From NCBI GenBank assembly GCA_001687465.1, contig LVLI01000140.1, forward strand, positions 237,446-257,445: a DNA stretch of 20,000 bases, read 5' to 3'. Below the pieces are notes generated by a model that did not search any database, was not told the origin of the DNA, and was given only the letters and a program-made list of their open reading frames with translations. Below are positions 1-9,948 of this stretch, in pieces (positions within the stretch are counted from its first letter, which is position 1; each line of letters opens with the position of its first letter). The stretch comes from Halocafeteria seosinensis. Its lineage: Eukaryota. A program made the translations under genes and the position numbers.

Positions 1-403
1 CCAACAAAATTCTTGAATATTTCTGTAAAACCAATCGACAAGACACGTTTCCACGACGAAAATGAAATTGATTACGAAAGGATGAGCTTACTCCGCATGA
101 AACTTCTTTGTTCCTGTGGGATAGCAGGTTTGGGGGAGGAGCCCGCTGAAGACGCCGAATTCTCGCCTGAAGAAGCTGCTCTCTGACGCCACCCATCACG
201 GCTACGCTGTCGCACCAAATGCAAAATTATTTCACAATGGATAACGCGTCTACGTGGCGAATAAACGCGAAACAGATCATTGGACTTACCAGAGACGACC
301 TCGGGTTAAACTGCCTTGGTCTACTACCAGCAGTTTTAGTTCGATCGGCTGTCTCTTGCGCATGTCTCTTGAACTCATTCGCGCGTTCTTCTCGACTTAA
401 CAT
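1..403 (-). CDS. Hypothetical protein, 5' part only (runs off the window start)
   Basis: Hand-spliced: ATG 403-401; exons 403-290, 206-92, 22-1; introns 289-207 (GTAAGT...GACAG) and 91-23 (GTAAGC...TACAG) keep the frame open: MLSREERANEFKRHAQETADRTKTAGSRPRQFNPRSSL/RSRDGWRQRAASSGENSASSAGSSPKPAIPQEQRSFMR/KIFKNFVG. No family recognised; the true start could lie in further upstream exons. Confidence 0.55.
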
Positions 404-1073
404 CTTTCAAGAAAGACTTATCCGCGTGAGACGCCACTGAGTGCTCAGTACCAAGTGTCCAATGCTTAGCTGCCAGAATGACGTTTACCGAAAGCTACCC
501 ATGGTACTCTTAGCTGTATCGACGCGAAGCCGTGCCAATGAACAAGCGAGCACAACCATTGGTTGAAAGACCTACTTACGAGACTGTTCTCGTGCATGCT
601 TGTCCCTGCGCAGACGAGTTGGAAAGCTTCCTTGAATCTCAATGAACAATGTTCGTTGTTCGTCCAGGGCACCCAAGTTCAATAACGCAGCTAGAATGCG
701 ATGAACAGTGCCACAGATTCACCCATCCATTCCATGCACTCGTATAAGATGAAGGGGACAGTTCTACGACGTGTCAATATACATAAGCTTAAGTGGTAAA
801 TGGACGATGAACTGGAAAATAACCACCAAGTGGCAACTCCTTCCTGGAGACGGCAATCTTTTGTTGGACCCATATACAGGGTGTGTTTCTGGTGTTTTTT
901 AGGAGCACACACACATAGGCAAGTTTTCCGATTACAATGGTATTGATTATGCCTATTCCTAGCCATTTAAGTGGTATGGAAGCTGAAATCCCCGTCGTAG
1001 GGTCCGTGTGTGATCTAGCCGCTTTGACGCATTTCAGGAGAGACTTAGTCTAGAAGGCTTAATTTCGAGCACA

Positions 1074-2024
1074 ATGGCTTACGTTTTCGGTCAGCGAGCA
1101 CCGAGTAGGACATTGTCGATCGCTGTGCTGTTGGCGGTCGTTTTCGGGTTTGTTATCAGAGGAACGGAAGGAATTCACTTCTACATCACGGAAGGCCAGC
1201 AACGATGTTTCTTGGAAGATACAGCTGAAGAAACTTTGATTGTAGCCCGCTATGAAAATCCTGACGTCAAGGAGTGGGGCGAACCAGGGTTTACAGAAAC
1301 GGTATGAGTGTTTTTCCTCTAGTTGGATTTGGTTTCGTGAAGTAACTTGGAGTGTGTCTGCAGGGTATCCGCGTGGTTGTGACCAGTCCTTTAGGGAAGT
1401 TAGAAATGAGCAGAACCTTGACGAAAGAGGTAAGCAAACTTTATATAGGCGCCGTCTAGTTGGGTGAGATACACTAGTGTGTTATGTGTAATTCCAGGGT
1501 CGCTTTGCTTTCACTACGCATGAAGCAGGTGAGCATAGCATCTGCTTAGGCACAAATAACACACGATGGTTTGGAGAACCTCGTCAATTTGTAAGTGGTC
1601 ATGTAACGGCGCACTTCTCGATTAGATGTATTCTAATTTTCGTTCAATTGAACCGCAGAAGTTTGAATTGCAACTGGATGTCGGATCGACAGCTATCAAC
1701 TACGAAGATGTAGCAAAGAAGGAGCATTTATCTACCCTGGCATTAGAAGTGAGAAAGCTTAACGATAAAGTACAGGACATCATCAAATCGCAATCCTATC
1801 AGCAGGTAAGTTATGACTTCCTGTTTTGAATGTTCTATTCCGTCAAGTTACAGTAAACCGTTCGAACACTACAGGAGCGCGAAATCCAGTTCAGAGACAC
1901 CAGTGAAAGCACAAATTCCCGTGTCCAGTGGTGGAGCATTGTGCAAACGGCTGTATGTGTTGCTTCGGGTGTATGGCAAACTATCCACTTGAAAAACTAT
2001 TTCCGAAAGAAGAAACTTCAGTGA
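1074..2024 (+). CDS. p24/emp24/gp25L (TMED) family cargo receptor, alpha-type (TMED4/TMED9/Erp1-like), ~227 aa
   Basis: Exons 1074-1301, 1364-1429, 1498-1590, 1659-1805, 1875-2024, all GT-AG phase 0. Signal peptide, GOLD domain ([15 protein letters not shown]...[16 protein letters not shown]), coiled coil, family motif [23 protein letters not shown] helix, C-terminal YFRKKKLQ* dilysine retrieval signal. Confidence 0.95.
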
Positions 2025-2267
2025 TTGTACTTTTAGTAATGCTTAATATACGATATGCGGACGGTGGCGGACGTGTGCTTTGTCTACACTACAGAATTCA
2101 AACAGTTGGTATGCTCAATTCTTGTCTATATACTCTATGCAAGGCACTGTTACTTTTCCATCCTCGTGGCACACAAATTTGTACATTGGGTTTCTCTAAA
2201 AGGACAAATCGGACTGGGATACAAGCCAACATTGACGTTTTCTAACTTGCAAAGACATGTGTCGCCC

Positions 2268-2723
2268 TCAAAGTCCATAACCCTGTATCAGAGAATCCAC
2301 ATACTGGTAACCGTAGTAGCTTAGTCCTCCAAAAATTCCCATCAACACCGTATCTGTACAATCAGAAACATACCGGTCGGAGGTGTTTCAAAATCTGCGC
2401 CCAATGAAAAGGGGCTTCGTCACTCAGCACTTACTAAAGAGTACTTTCTCCCATCTATCTAGCATGTACAACCCCGTTGTCAGTTCATATTGGTATGTTC
2501 GTCGTCGACACCAGCCAATCGGTCCGCGGTATTTTTCAATTTCTTCTTGGGGGATTCCGGCCACGGGGACTTGGGCAGATCTCTGCTGTGGCTGTCGCTG
2601 CTGCTGCTGCTGCTGTTGTCGAGCATTTGTTGAGGACTCATGATGCACTTGTTCCTGAACTATGCTGGAGGTGGTACCGGAATTTGTCTCCTTGCCTCCC
2701 GTACGCCGTCGTATCCCCGACAT
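2268..2723 (-). CDS. Serine palmitoyltransferase small (regulatory) subunit, ssSPT/SPTSSA-B-like, ~124 aa
   Basis: ATG 2723-2721; exons 2723-2435 and 2353-2268 (intron GTAAGT...GTACAG, 81 nt). YQYELTTGLYMLDRWEKVLF/NTVLMGIFGGLSYYGY matches the ssSPT signature YQY.L.T.LYML.PWE...FN followed by a TM segment. Confidence 0.85.
2598..2618 (-). repeat. Coding CAG microsatellite (poly-Q7) in the ssSPT N-terminal extension
   Basis: (CTG)6 TTG on + strand = CAA(CAG)6 on the coding strand. Confidence 0.9.
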
Positions 2724-3004
2724 TTTCCAATTCACTATATCAGTTCTTGTGCATACAAGCAATCGATTAACTATGCATAAATACACATGGATCGTGGAGG
2801 AGAGTAATGAATGAATGGGGCTGCAAACAACCCATTCCAACTTCATTCAACTACAGAGCCTGATTCATACAAGTGTTAATATGGATAACACTACTAGGTT
2901 GGGGATGGTTTGTAGTGTATAATAAGTAACATACTCGAGGAGGGATAGGAAGCGAATGAAAACAATGAAAAACATAGTGTTGCACCGTAGCGCATAAAGA
3001 CACC

Positions 3005-3629
3005 ATGGTGGATGTGCATAGCTCCATCCAGAATGCTCCAGGAGCCATCTGGGGATTTCTGGAACAGTATGGCTACTATCTGCTGGCTCTAGTGAGTGGA
3101 AATGAGCAGTGAAAAGTGTGGCCACAAAGCTGGTGTATGTGTGTTTGTAGCACAGGTCGTGCTGGTATGGATGATTAAACCGCATATACAGAGTAAAGTA
3201 CAAGAGCACCGGCATAAGAAAGCTCTAGAAGAAGCAACAGGTTGGTGGGCGAAGAAATTTGGTATCCGTAAACCTGGATTAAAAAAAGAAAGAAAGAGTG
3301 CACTATTCGCAGACCCTTCACGAGTTCAGGAGCTGGAGGAGGAACGGAGGAAAGTTAGAGAACGTCAGCAGGAAGAACTAGCGCGGCGTAGCCAAGAAAG
3401 AGCCAAAAAGGAAAAGGAGAAGAAATCCGAAGAGAAGAAAAGTGGTGTTAACCACTTGAAGCCATCTCCGAGACGTATGTAACGCAATTTACTAGTCGTT
3501 CGCGTAGACACTGACAACTACCAAGCATCCCTGTGTGCAGCGGGTGGTAATAGCCCCCTGAATCCACAAACGCGGCAACCGCACCGATTTGGTCGTATGA
3601 GGAATAGACCCTCACGAGGCTGAGGATAA
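3005..3629 (+). CDS. SELENOS: Selenoprotein S (SelS/VIMP) homolog, ~140 aa, with penultimate selenocysteine encoded by TGA 3621-3623
   Basis: caccATGG start at 3005; exons 3005-3091, 3156-3240, 3313-3474, 3541-3629. Product: MVDVHSSIQNAPGAIWGFLEQYGYYLLALVVLVWMIKPHIQSKVQEHRHKKALEEATDPSRVQELEEERRKVRERQQEELARRSQERAKKEKEKKSEEKKSGVNHLKPSPRPGGNSPLNPQTRQPHRFGRMRNRPSRG-U-G*. Parallels human SelS features: YGWY before a single TM helix, EPD...LKMQEEL coiled coil, GGGYNPL, terminal GUG. SECIS lies downstream. Confidence 0.92.
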
Positions 3630-3630
3630 G

Positions 3631-3653
3631 CGACAGGACGAAGAGTCCTGTCG
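3631..3653 (+). promoter_or_regulatory. Perfect 9-bp hairpin 7 nt downstream of the Sec TGA (candidate Sec redefinition element / proximal stem-loop)
   Basis: CGACAGGAC-gaaga-GTCCTGTCG, 9/9 Watson-Crick pairs; spacer GGATAAG between TGA and stem. Function is inferred. Confidence 0.65.
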
Positions 3654-3670
3654 AAAAATCGATGTTTACC

Positions 3671-3765
3671 TTCCGGCATGCCTGCTTTACCATGTCATGA
3701 CGCAGAGGACTTCAATGCCAAACCCGCAAGGCAAGGTCCTTTGCCGAGAAAGCACATGTCGGGAA
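3671..3765 (+). promoter_or_regulatory. Eukaryotic SECIS element (type II) in the SelS 3' UTR
   Basis: Core ATGAC (3697-3701) / CGAG (3745-3748) gives tandem G.A/A.G pairs; 11-bp helix II GCAGAGGACTT (3702-3712) / AGGTCCTTTGC (3734-3744); unpaired AA at 3714-3715; helix III TGCC/GGCA; helix I TGCTTT/AAAGCA extended by TTCCGGCATG/CATGTCGGGAA. Confidence 0.92.
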
Positions 3766-3853
3766 TGCTTAGAACACCAACACCCTAAAATATAATGTAG
3801 GAGTTTATCAAATGCACTGTTGGTGTCAAATCTAGACTTTGTAGGCTCGGTAC

Positions 3854-6579
3854 CTACCAGTTCATGAGGTTCTTTGCATCCTTGGTCAATCCATGCTCAT
3901 TCATAAACTGTATCCACGAAAGCCAATAAGGATCATTTTTCAATGTATTAAAGCTTCCAATGACGATCATACCCCGTCTAGCACGAGTCATGGCAACATT
4001 TAGACGACGGAAATCAGAGAGGAAGCCAACATTGCCTTGATTGTTCGAACGAACAGCACTGAAAACAATCACGTCCTTCTCTCGCCCCTGGAAGCCATCA
4101 ACAGATTTTACCTCAATTCCATCCGACATGTCTTCTTCTCCCTCCTCCGAGTAAGACTTCATTGTAATACCCATACTTGAGAACACGTTCTGCAAAGCTT
4201 TCACTTGTGCTTGATAAGGTGTAACGATACCAAGCTCGTTCATGGAAACAGCGTCCGGAGCACCGGGCTTTGGATTAAGTAGGGATTTAACGACACTTGA
4301 AACAATCTGAACTTCAGCGTCATTGGCTTTGCTCTTTCCTCTACTTTCGTCAAAACCTATTGTGACGTCAACGAAGCATATGGGACTCAGCAAGAGCCCG
4401 CTGTCGGTCCCCACTAGACCCGAGGCAAATTCCTCGGGTAGCATTGGCCAAGGAAACCCCGGGGGAGGGCGTCGATCCTTAATTAAGACCCCGTTATGGA
4501 TTTTGTTATCATAAAATACCTTCGAGGGCCAAGCTGCTATCAACGGGTGCATTCTGTATTGAATATCAAGCATGGTGTTGTACGCCGATCGCTTGTCCAC
4601 AGCTGAATTTTCAGGAGATGATCTGAATAGGTTGATGAGCCGCTCAAATAGTGTAATACTGAGTTCTTCTTGTGCCAACGGTGCAAGCACAGTCGGCGGT
4701 AGCTGTCGATGGTCACCAATCAAAATAGCTTGCCCTTCTGGTTTGCATCTCATCAATGGAACAAGAGACTCTGGCTCTGTGCATTGCGTCGCCTCATCTA
4801 GAACTACGAGACCGAAGCAATTGTTGGTCAAAAGGTCACTTCCCGCTCCTGTATCCCGTAAAAAATTGATCCCATGTTGTTGCAAATCAAGTGCAAGCAA
4901 TAATGGCACTTACCTATGCAGGTTGCGCATATAACATCTGCAGCCTCAACAATTTCGTGGCTCACCTTTTCTTCTAGCTGTTTTATCCTTTTGTACCCTT
5001 TGCTGAGATTTGCATGTGCCATTCCCTTATCTCTACCTTTGAATGTGTGGATGTTTTGCGAAATATAGCGCATTTCTTCTTTCAACTGGTCAATTTCGGC
5101 AAAATCGGGGTGCTGTTCCATTTGCGCTTCCAGCGTGCAATCGCGTAACTCCGGGGCGACTTTAACAGGCTGACCAACTCGAACGGCTTTGAGTCCAACA
5201 CCATCAACTCCTCCCAGAAGCTGATCCACTGCAACGTTCGTTTGAGCTGACACTAGCACAGGGCCAGCGGTAGGATGCGCCTCCCTCCAATGGTTGATGA
5301 TTTGCACCGCTGTAGTTGTCTTTCCCTGCAATTGAATCGCACACACGCGCGATTAGTTTTGGTCGCTGTAACGAAAGTGAGAGCCACACCACACTTACGG
5401 TTCCTGGAGGCCCTTGGATTAAAGATATTTGGTGCTGTAAACTATTGGCGACGGCATCCTTTTGCGTCGCATTCAAGTGGTTCAAGCTGCTAGCACTTGC
5501 AACTTCCCTGCAGTGCTCAGCTGCAACGTGAGAGGAGCCGTCGCTGGTCTCATCAAAAATCATGTGCGAAGGGCTGCGATTAAGCGATTCGCCACCTTCG
5601 GAACTACCAGAGCCCGTCTCCCAAGTTTTGTGGTGCGTTGTGATGAGATTGCGGAGCCACCGCGGACCATTGTACATGTCCGATGCTATAGTTGTAAGCG
5701 CTTTAGACATTCGTTCATACGCTACTTGGTTAGTGCCTTTGTCCACTCGCCATTCTTGGTCCCGGAGATGGTTGGGTATGTCGTCGACCACAATCTGTAG
5801 GAAGGCAGGATACTTACATCCTTAATGAACGTGGACCGAGTAGTTACCCGTCCTCAGAAGCTTACCTGAATATATTTTCTGGTCTTCATCATTACTACAC
5901 CTTCGACGTCAACTTGCTTTAGGGACGTGATCCTAAACTTGGAGGATAGTGTTAGTATGTCTCCATCGGAGAACCTATGATACGGGATGTAACCCTCCGG
6001 TCCAAATATTCGAACGACTTGTTTTCCAAAGAACTTCCCATGTTTTTTGGCCGTGCAATTCAATATAGCATAACCTTCTTGTTGTAATCTCGAAATGGGC
6101 CAAGATGATAACCGCTCGTTAACCGCGGCTTCTTCTTCCTCCTTCTCCAGATCAAGGTACTTCTGGAAGTGGGATTTGTACGGCTGGAACTGGGGGAGAA
6201 TGGTTGGTTTCGGCTCATCCTCAGTAGCCTTCCTTTTATTTCTACCCCGTTTAGAGTCTTCATGGTTCCCTCGTTTATTCGGAGTCTGAGTGTTACCGTC
6301 TCCGCTAGCATCATCATCTCGGCCCCGTCCTCGTCCTCGACCTCCACGACCACGGCCACGACCACCTCGGCCACGCCCTCCACCTCTTCCACGATTACCA
6401 CCTGAATGTCCATCATCCGAAAAGCCACCCTGCCCTCCTCCTCGTCCTCTCCCTCTCCCTCGTCCTCGTCCGCCGCCTCCTCGATTTCCATTTCGGTTTT
6501 CAAAGAATTCAAACCCTTCCCTTCCACCGCCTCTTCCTCCGCGCTGTGCAGCGCTATCTAAGAACCCTCTCGCAGACAT
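3854..6579 (-). CDS. UPF1-like superfamily 1 helicase (IGHMBP2/SMUBP-2/Hcs1-like) with N-terminal RGG-rich region, ~838 aa
   Basis: Likely ATG 6579 (MSARGFLD; the ORF extends upstream to 6807); exons 6579-5866, 5794-5399, 5325-4914, 4848-3854. Motifs: LNATQKDAV (Q motif), IQGPPGT/GKT (Walker A), SAQTNVAVD, DEATQ, GDHRQLPP, QYRMHP, TPYQAQV, SVDGFQGREKD, RRLNVAMTRAR. No UPF1 CH zinc domain; the LDLEKEEE...LQQEG segment resembles the IGHMBP2 N-terminus. Confidence 0.92.
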
Positions 6580-6916
6580 TGCTCTAACTCCCAACCGATG
6601 GAGATGGTGCAAGTGGCTGTAGAATGAGGGGAAACGATAAATTTGGGGTGTGAGAGAATAAGCGACTCCAGCAGCTGGATGCATACACCTAGTGAAGCCG
6701 AGCTCGTGCGGTCGTACAGTGTATGTAACTATGTCGCTCCAGTTTCCTTCTGGTGAAGCAGTACAGGACAAAACGATCCGTTCTCCTGCAGAATATATTC
6801 CTATCAAGGTAGCCCTCTATATACTATGCAAGGCAGCTTTGAAGAACGCCCACCGATGTAGTGTCAGTGTGTTCCGGGCAACTTCACAGACTCAGCGCAG
6901 GGATACATGTACTGTA

Positions 6917-6964
6917 ATCAAGTTGGATACTGTTCCTGTTATCAAGTTGGATACTGTTCCTGTT
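6917..6964. repeat. Perfect 24-bp tandem duplication
   Basis: ATCAAGTTGGATACTGTTCCTGTT occurs twice head-to-tail (6917-6940, 6941-6964). Confidence 0.95.
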
Positions 6965-7702
6965 TGGTAAGGGAGGGTGGTAAAACACGCTGTTTGTTTT
7001 TTGACAATAAAGCCAAGACATCAATACTTGGTTAAGCGTCCTTTAGTTTGTTATATCGATATAAATAAATGGAAGCACATTCGTAGCTTTCCATGGTCCC
7101 GGTTGTATGACACGTATTGCACGCACAGGTCTGGGGCGAGGAATCCTGCCTATGTTTGTGGTGCAATTTGTGACACAATTTCACTTTTCTCAAGCAAACT
7201 TCGACAGTCGCGAACTAACTGACGGTGTTGTGTTGTATATTGCTCTGTTTGCGCGTGAAACAACAAGCTGCAGACAACGACAGTTGAACCGGGTTGGACG
7301 GACTGTTCGATTTACGTGCTACGAGTTCTTGGAACGTTCAGCACACATCCAGGCCTCACTGCTATCCAGTAACTGGCAGATGAGGAGGGCAAGACAACAA
7401 GTTGCTCAGACGCTTGTGGAGCTACTGGTACAAATGTATTACGAAACAAACAAGGCGTGACCGTGTATTTGTATTCATCGACCCGGAAGAGCTGTTGTGG
7501 AAAACATTCCTGAGTCACAGTGACAGTACCACAGTACGACCACAGTTGCGATTGGGCAGTTGCATTTCGAAAAGAGCACCTATTTCTGGCAGTACTGGCT
7601 AGCTCTAGCTATCTATCTGTACTTACGTGTACATCATGCCTATATGGTACACAGAGCTCTACAATCCCTGAGAGCCTAAGGAGCATCAGTGAAGTTCAGA
7701 GT

Positions 7703-9071
7703 TTAGTACATAAATTTCTTGAATTCGTCGTAAAGGACCAGGACAAGGGCACCTCCGGCACCTCGGAGGATGTTGGAGAATGCACCCTTGAAGAATGCAG
7801 ACGGGCCTTCCTGCTTGGAGATTTTTCTGAAGCAATCCAACGTGTTCTTGTATTCTCGTTGTCCCTCCTCTCGTCCAGACATCATCATCATACGCCGGCG
7901 GACGGTATCGAAGGGATACGAGACAACACCAGCAGCGATCGTTACTGTTTGTGCCACCATCCAAGACAGGAAGATGTTTGCGTTCTTCGGGTCGGCAAAC
8001 AGAATGCCCTTAGCGGTGTCGTAGAGACCGAAGTATGCTCCACGATACACGATGATGCCCGTCAAGGACACTCCAAAGCCTTGATATAAACCGGAGAGAC
8101 CGTCATTCTTGAATATTTTATAGCAGCAATGGAAGATTCCATTGAACTCACGATCGGAAGCAGCCTTGCCCATATCCGTTGCCAGCCGTGTCCTCGCAAA
8201 GTCCAAGGGGTATACGAAAAGGAGCGAAGTTCCACCAGCAGCCCCACCGGACGCAAGATTACCCAAGAAGAATTTCATCTTCTCCTTGTCCTTGTCCACT
8301 CCTCCAAGAAACATTTTCTGGTAGGAGTCCTTGAATGCGAAGTTAAGGGCTTGCGTTGGGAAGTAGCGATAGATGTTACCAAGATTTCCCCTCCACAGCG
8401 ATAATACACCTTGTTCCTTCGAGACACGCCGGAAAGCATCCATGATTCCATTGTATCTGTCAGCTTCCGGGATGTTAGGGTTCGAATACTGGGTCTGGAG
8501 CAACAGTTTCACCCGCTCTATTGGAGCAGTTGCTGCATTCAGTCATGAACAAAAATACAGGTCAGACAAGTTCGACAATTTCGCTGCGAAGCTGCTTTAT
8601 CACGAAAAAAATAAAGAAAGAATGAGACATGCATGTTTGATGCCCACACACAGAGCCAGGGCACTTCGTCCCTATACAGTCCATCCCTTTTTTCTTCCCC
8701 TCAGAATTCGCCCCGGACCTTCTTCAGAACAAGCTTCCCCTGACACCAGCTGTGGAGTAGCAGAACATCCCTCTAAATGCTGCCAGTCGATCGGCAACAA
8801 TGCATTTCAATAGCACTGTTCAAAGGGGAATCGTCACCAGTTTTGTATAACAGAATGAATTCGTCACACCATTCCGCCCATCATCAAATAAGACTGTGAG
8901 AACGGACACAGAGATGATGTTCTATGAGAACTTACCGGTCTTAGAAATACCACCAGCGACACCACCCGCCATAAGATCCTTAAAGAAAGCAGTCGCATTT
9001 ACTTGCTTCTTCTGTTTCTCCAGTTTCTGCTGTTGCTGGTCCTGCTGCGGTTTGTTCTCTCCTTCACCCAT
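7703..9071 (-). CDS. AAC: Mitochondrial ADP/ATP carrier (adenine nucleotide translocator), ~321 aa
   Basis: ATG 9071; exons 9071-8936 and 8532-7703 (403-nt intron 8935-8533, GTAAGT...TGCAG). [75 protein letters not shown] (AAC signature RRRMMM). Confidence 0.98.
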
Positions 9072-9948
9072 TTTCCTTGAACTGTGTCCTTGATCTACAA
9101 CGATATGTTAATGTCCGTTTTGAATATGCACTGACGCAAATGCAAACGTAGAAGCCCAACGAAGTATATGCTCCTCTTTCCCACTCTCGAGCTCTGCGAA
9201 GGACGGTCGTCTTAACAAAACATCCTGTATCACCCAAAGCGCGGAGACTCCGTAGGTCGCTGACTCAACCGCTTCAATCACATTCCGAGTTACACCCATT
9301 CCGCATTAGCCGCGCACTTTGGATCACGCTTATTCTGGAACAACTCGAATGTATGAGCTATACACGTGCACAGAAGTCTCATAATTGAGAATGCTCGATT
9401 GCACTCAGCCCAAGGAGACATCATTCGTAACTCCGATGTTGCTTCGCAGCGCCGTGCTTTCTATAATACTGTCACTTCTAGTGAAGCTGACCTATGTGTG
9501 TTCTGCTTGTTTACTTCGCCGTTGGAGGCTCCGTTGACTAGGGGAACTTCCACAACCTAGGAATTTCGCAAATCATCTTGAGACATTGTCGCACACGGTG
9601 TGGGTCGCTGTGTGGGTCGGTCGCACTGGAGGGAGTGAACGTCCCATGAACAGAAAACTAGGTATCCGGCCTCTTTAGGACTTTTTCCCACCCGCAATTT
9701 GTACAGGTTCCGTAGGAGTCAAACTAGCACTTCTATTTTGGAGGAGCCATTGTGCAGCTCCGATGCTAGCAGCCAGCTACCAAAATCTCAGCTTCACAAA
9801 CGTGCTCAGGATGGTGGTGATTCCCAAACCAAAACATCTTGCAAAGACTTGAGTGAACCGTCTGTGTTGTCCGCTGGCAGAGTTCGTTTCGTTCAACTCG
9901 CCTATTACTGTTGCTGGATGAACTAGTGGAGCATGATAGGCCGGGATA

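Noticed and set aside
440..1000. Possible extra small gene or upstream exons on the - strand (GTAAGT donor near 579, acceptor near 513; a frame reading G-TGA-ICG)
   Set aside because: No splice combination joined in frame to the ATG-403 gene or gave a recognisable protein; the TGA context is not a known Sec motif and no SECIS was seen.
6060..6622. Overlapping ORFs (acidic 6060-6527 and Pro/Arg-rich 6290-6622)
   Set aside because: Alternative-frame and antisense shadows of the low-complexity RGG-coding sequence.
7520..8813. Long + strand ORFs (7520-8089, 8373-8813)
   Set aside because: Antisense shadows of the AAC coding sequence with no motif support.
8810..8835. CCCTTTGAAC in the AAC intron resembles part of the TPP riboswitch core
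   Set aside because: The required CUGAGA upstream and CUGAU downstream elements are absent.
9646..9926. ATG plus intron-like signals and a 75-aa ORF upstream of ICT1
   Set aside because: Does not join the ICT1 frame or give a recognisable product; treated as divergent promoter/UTR region.
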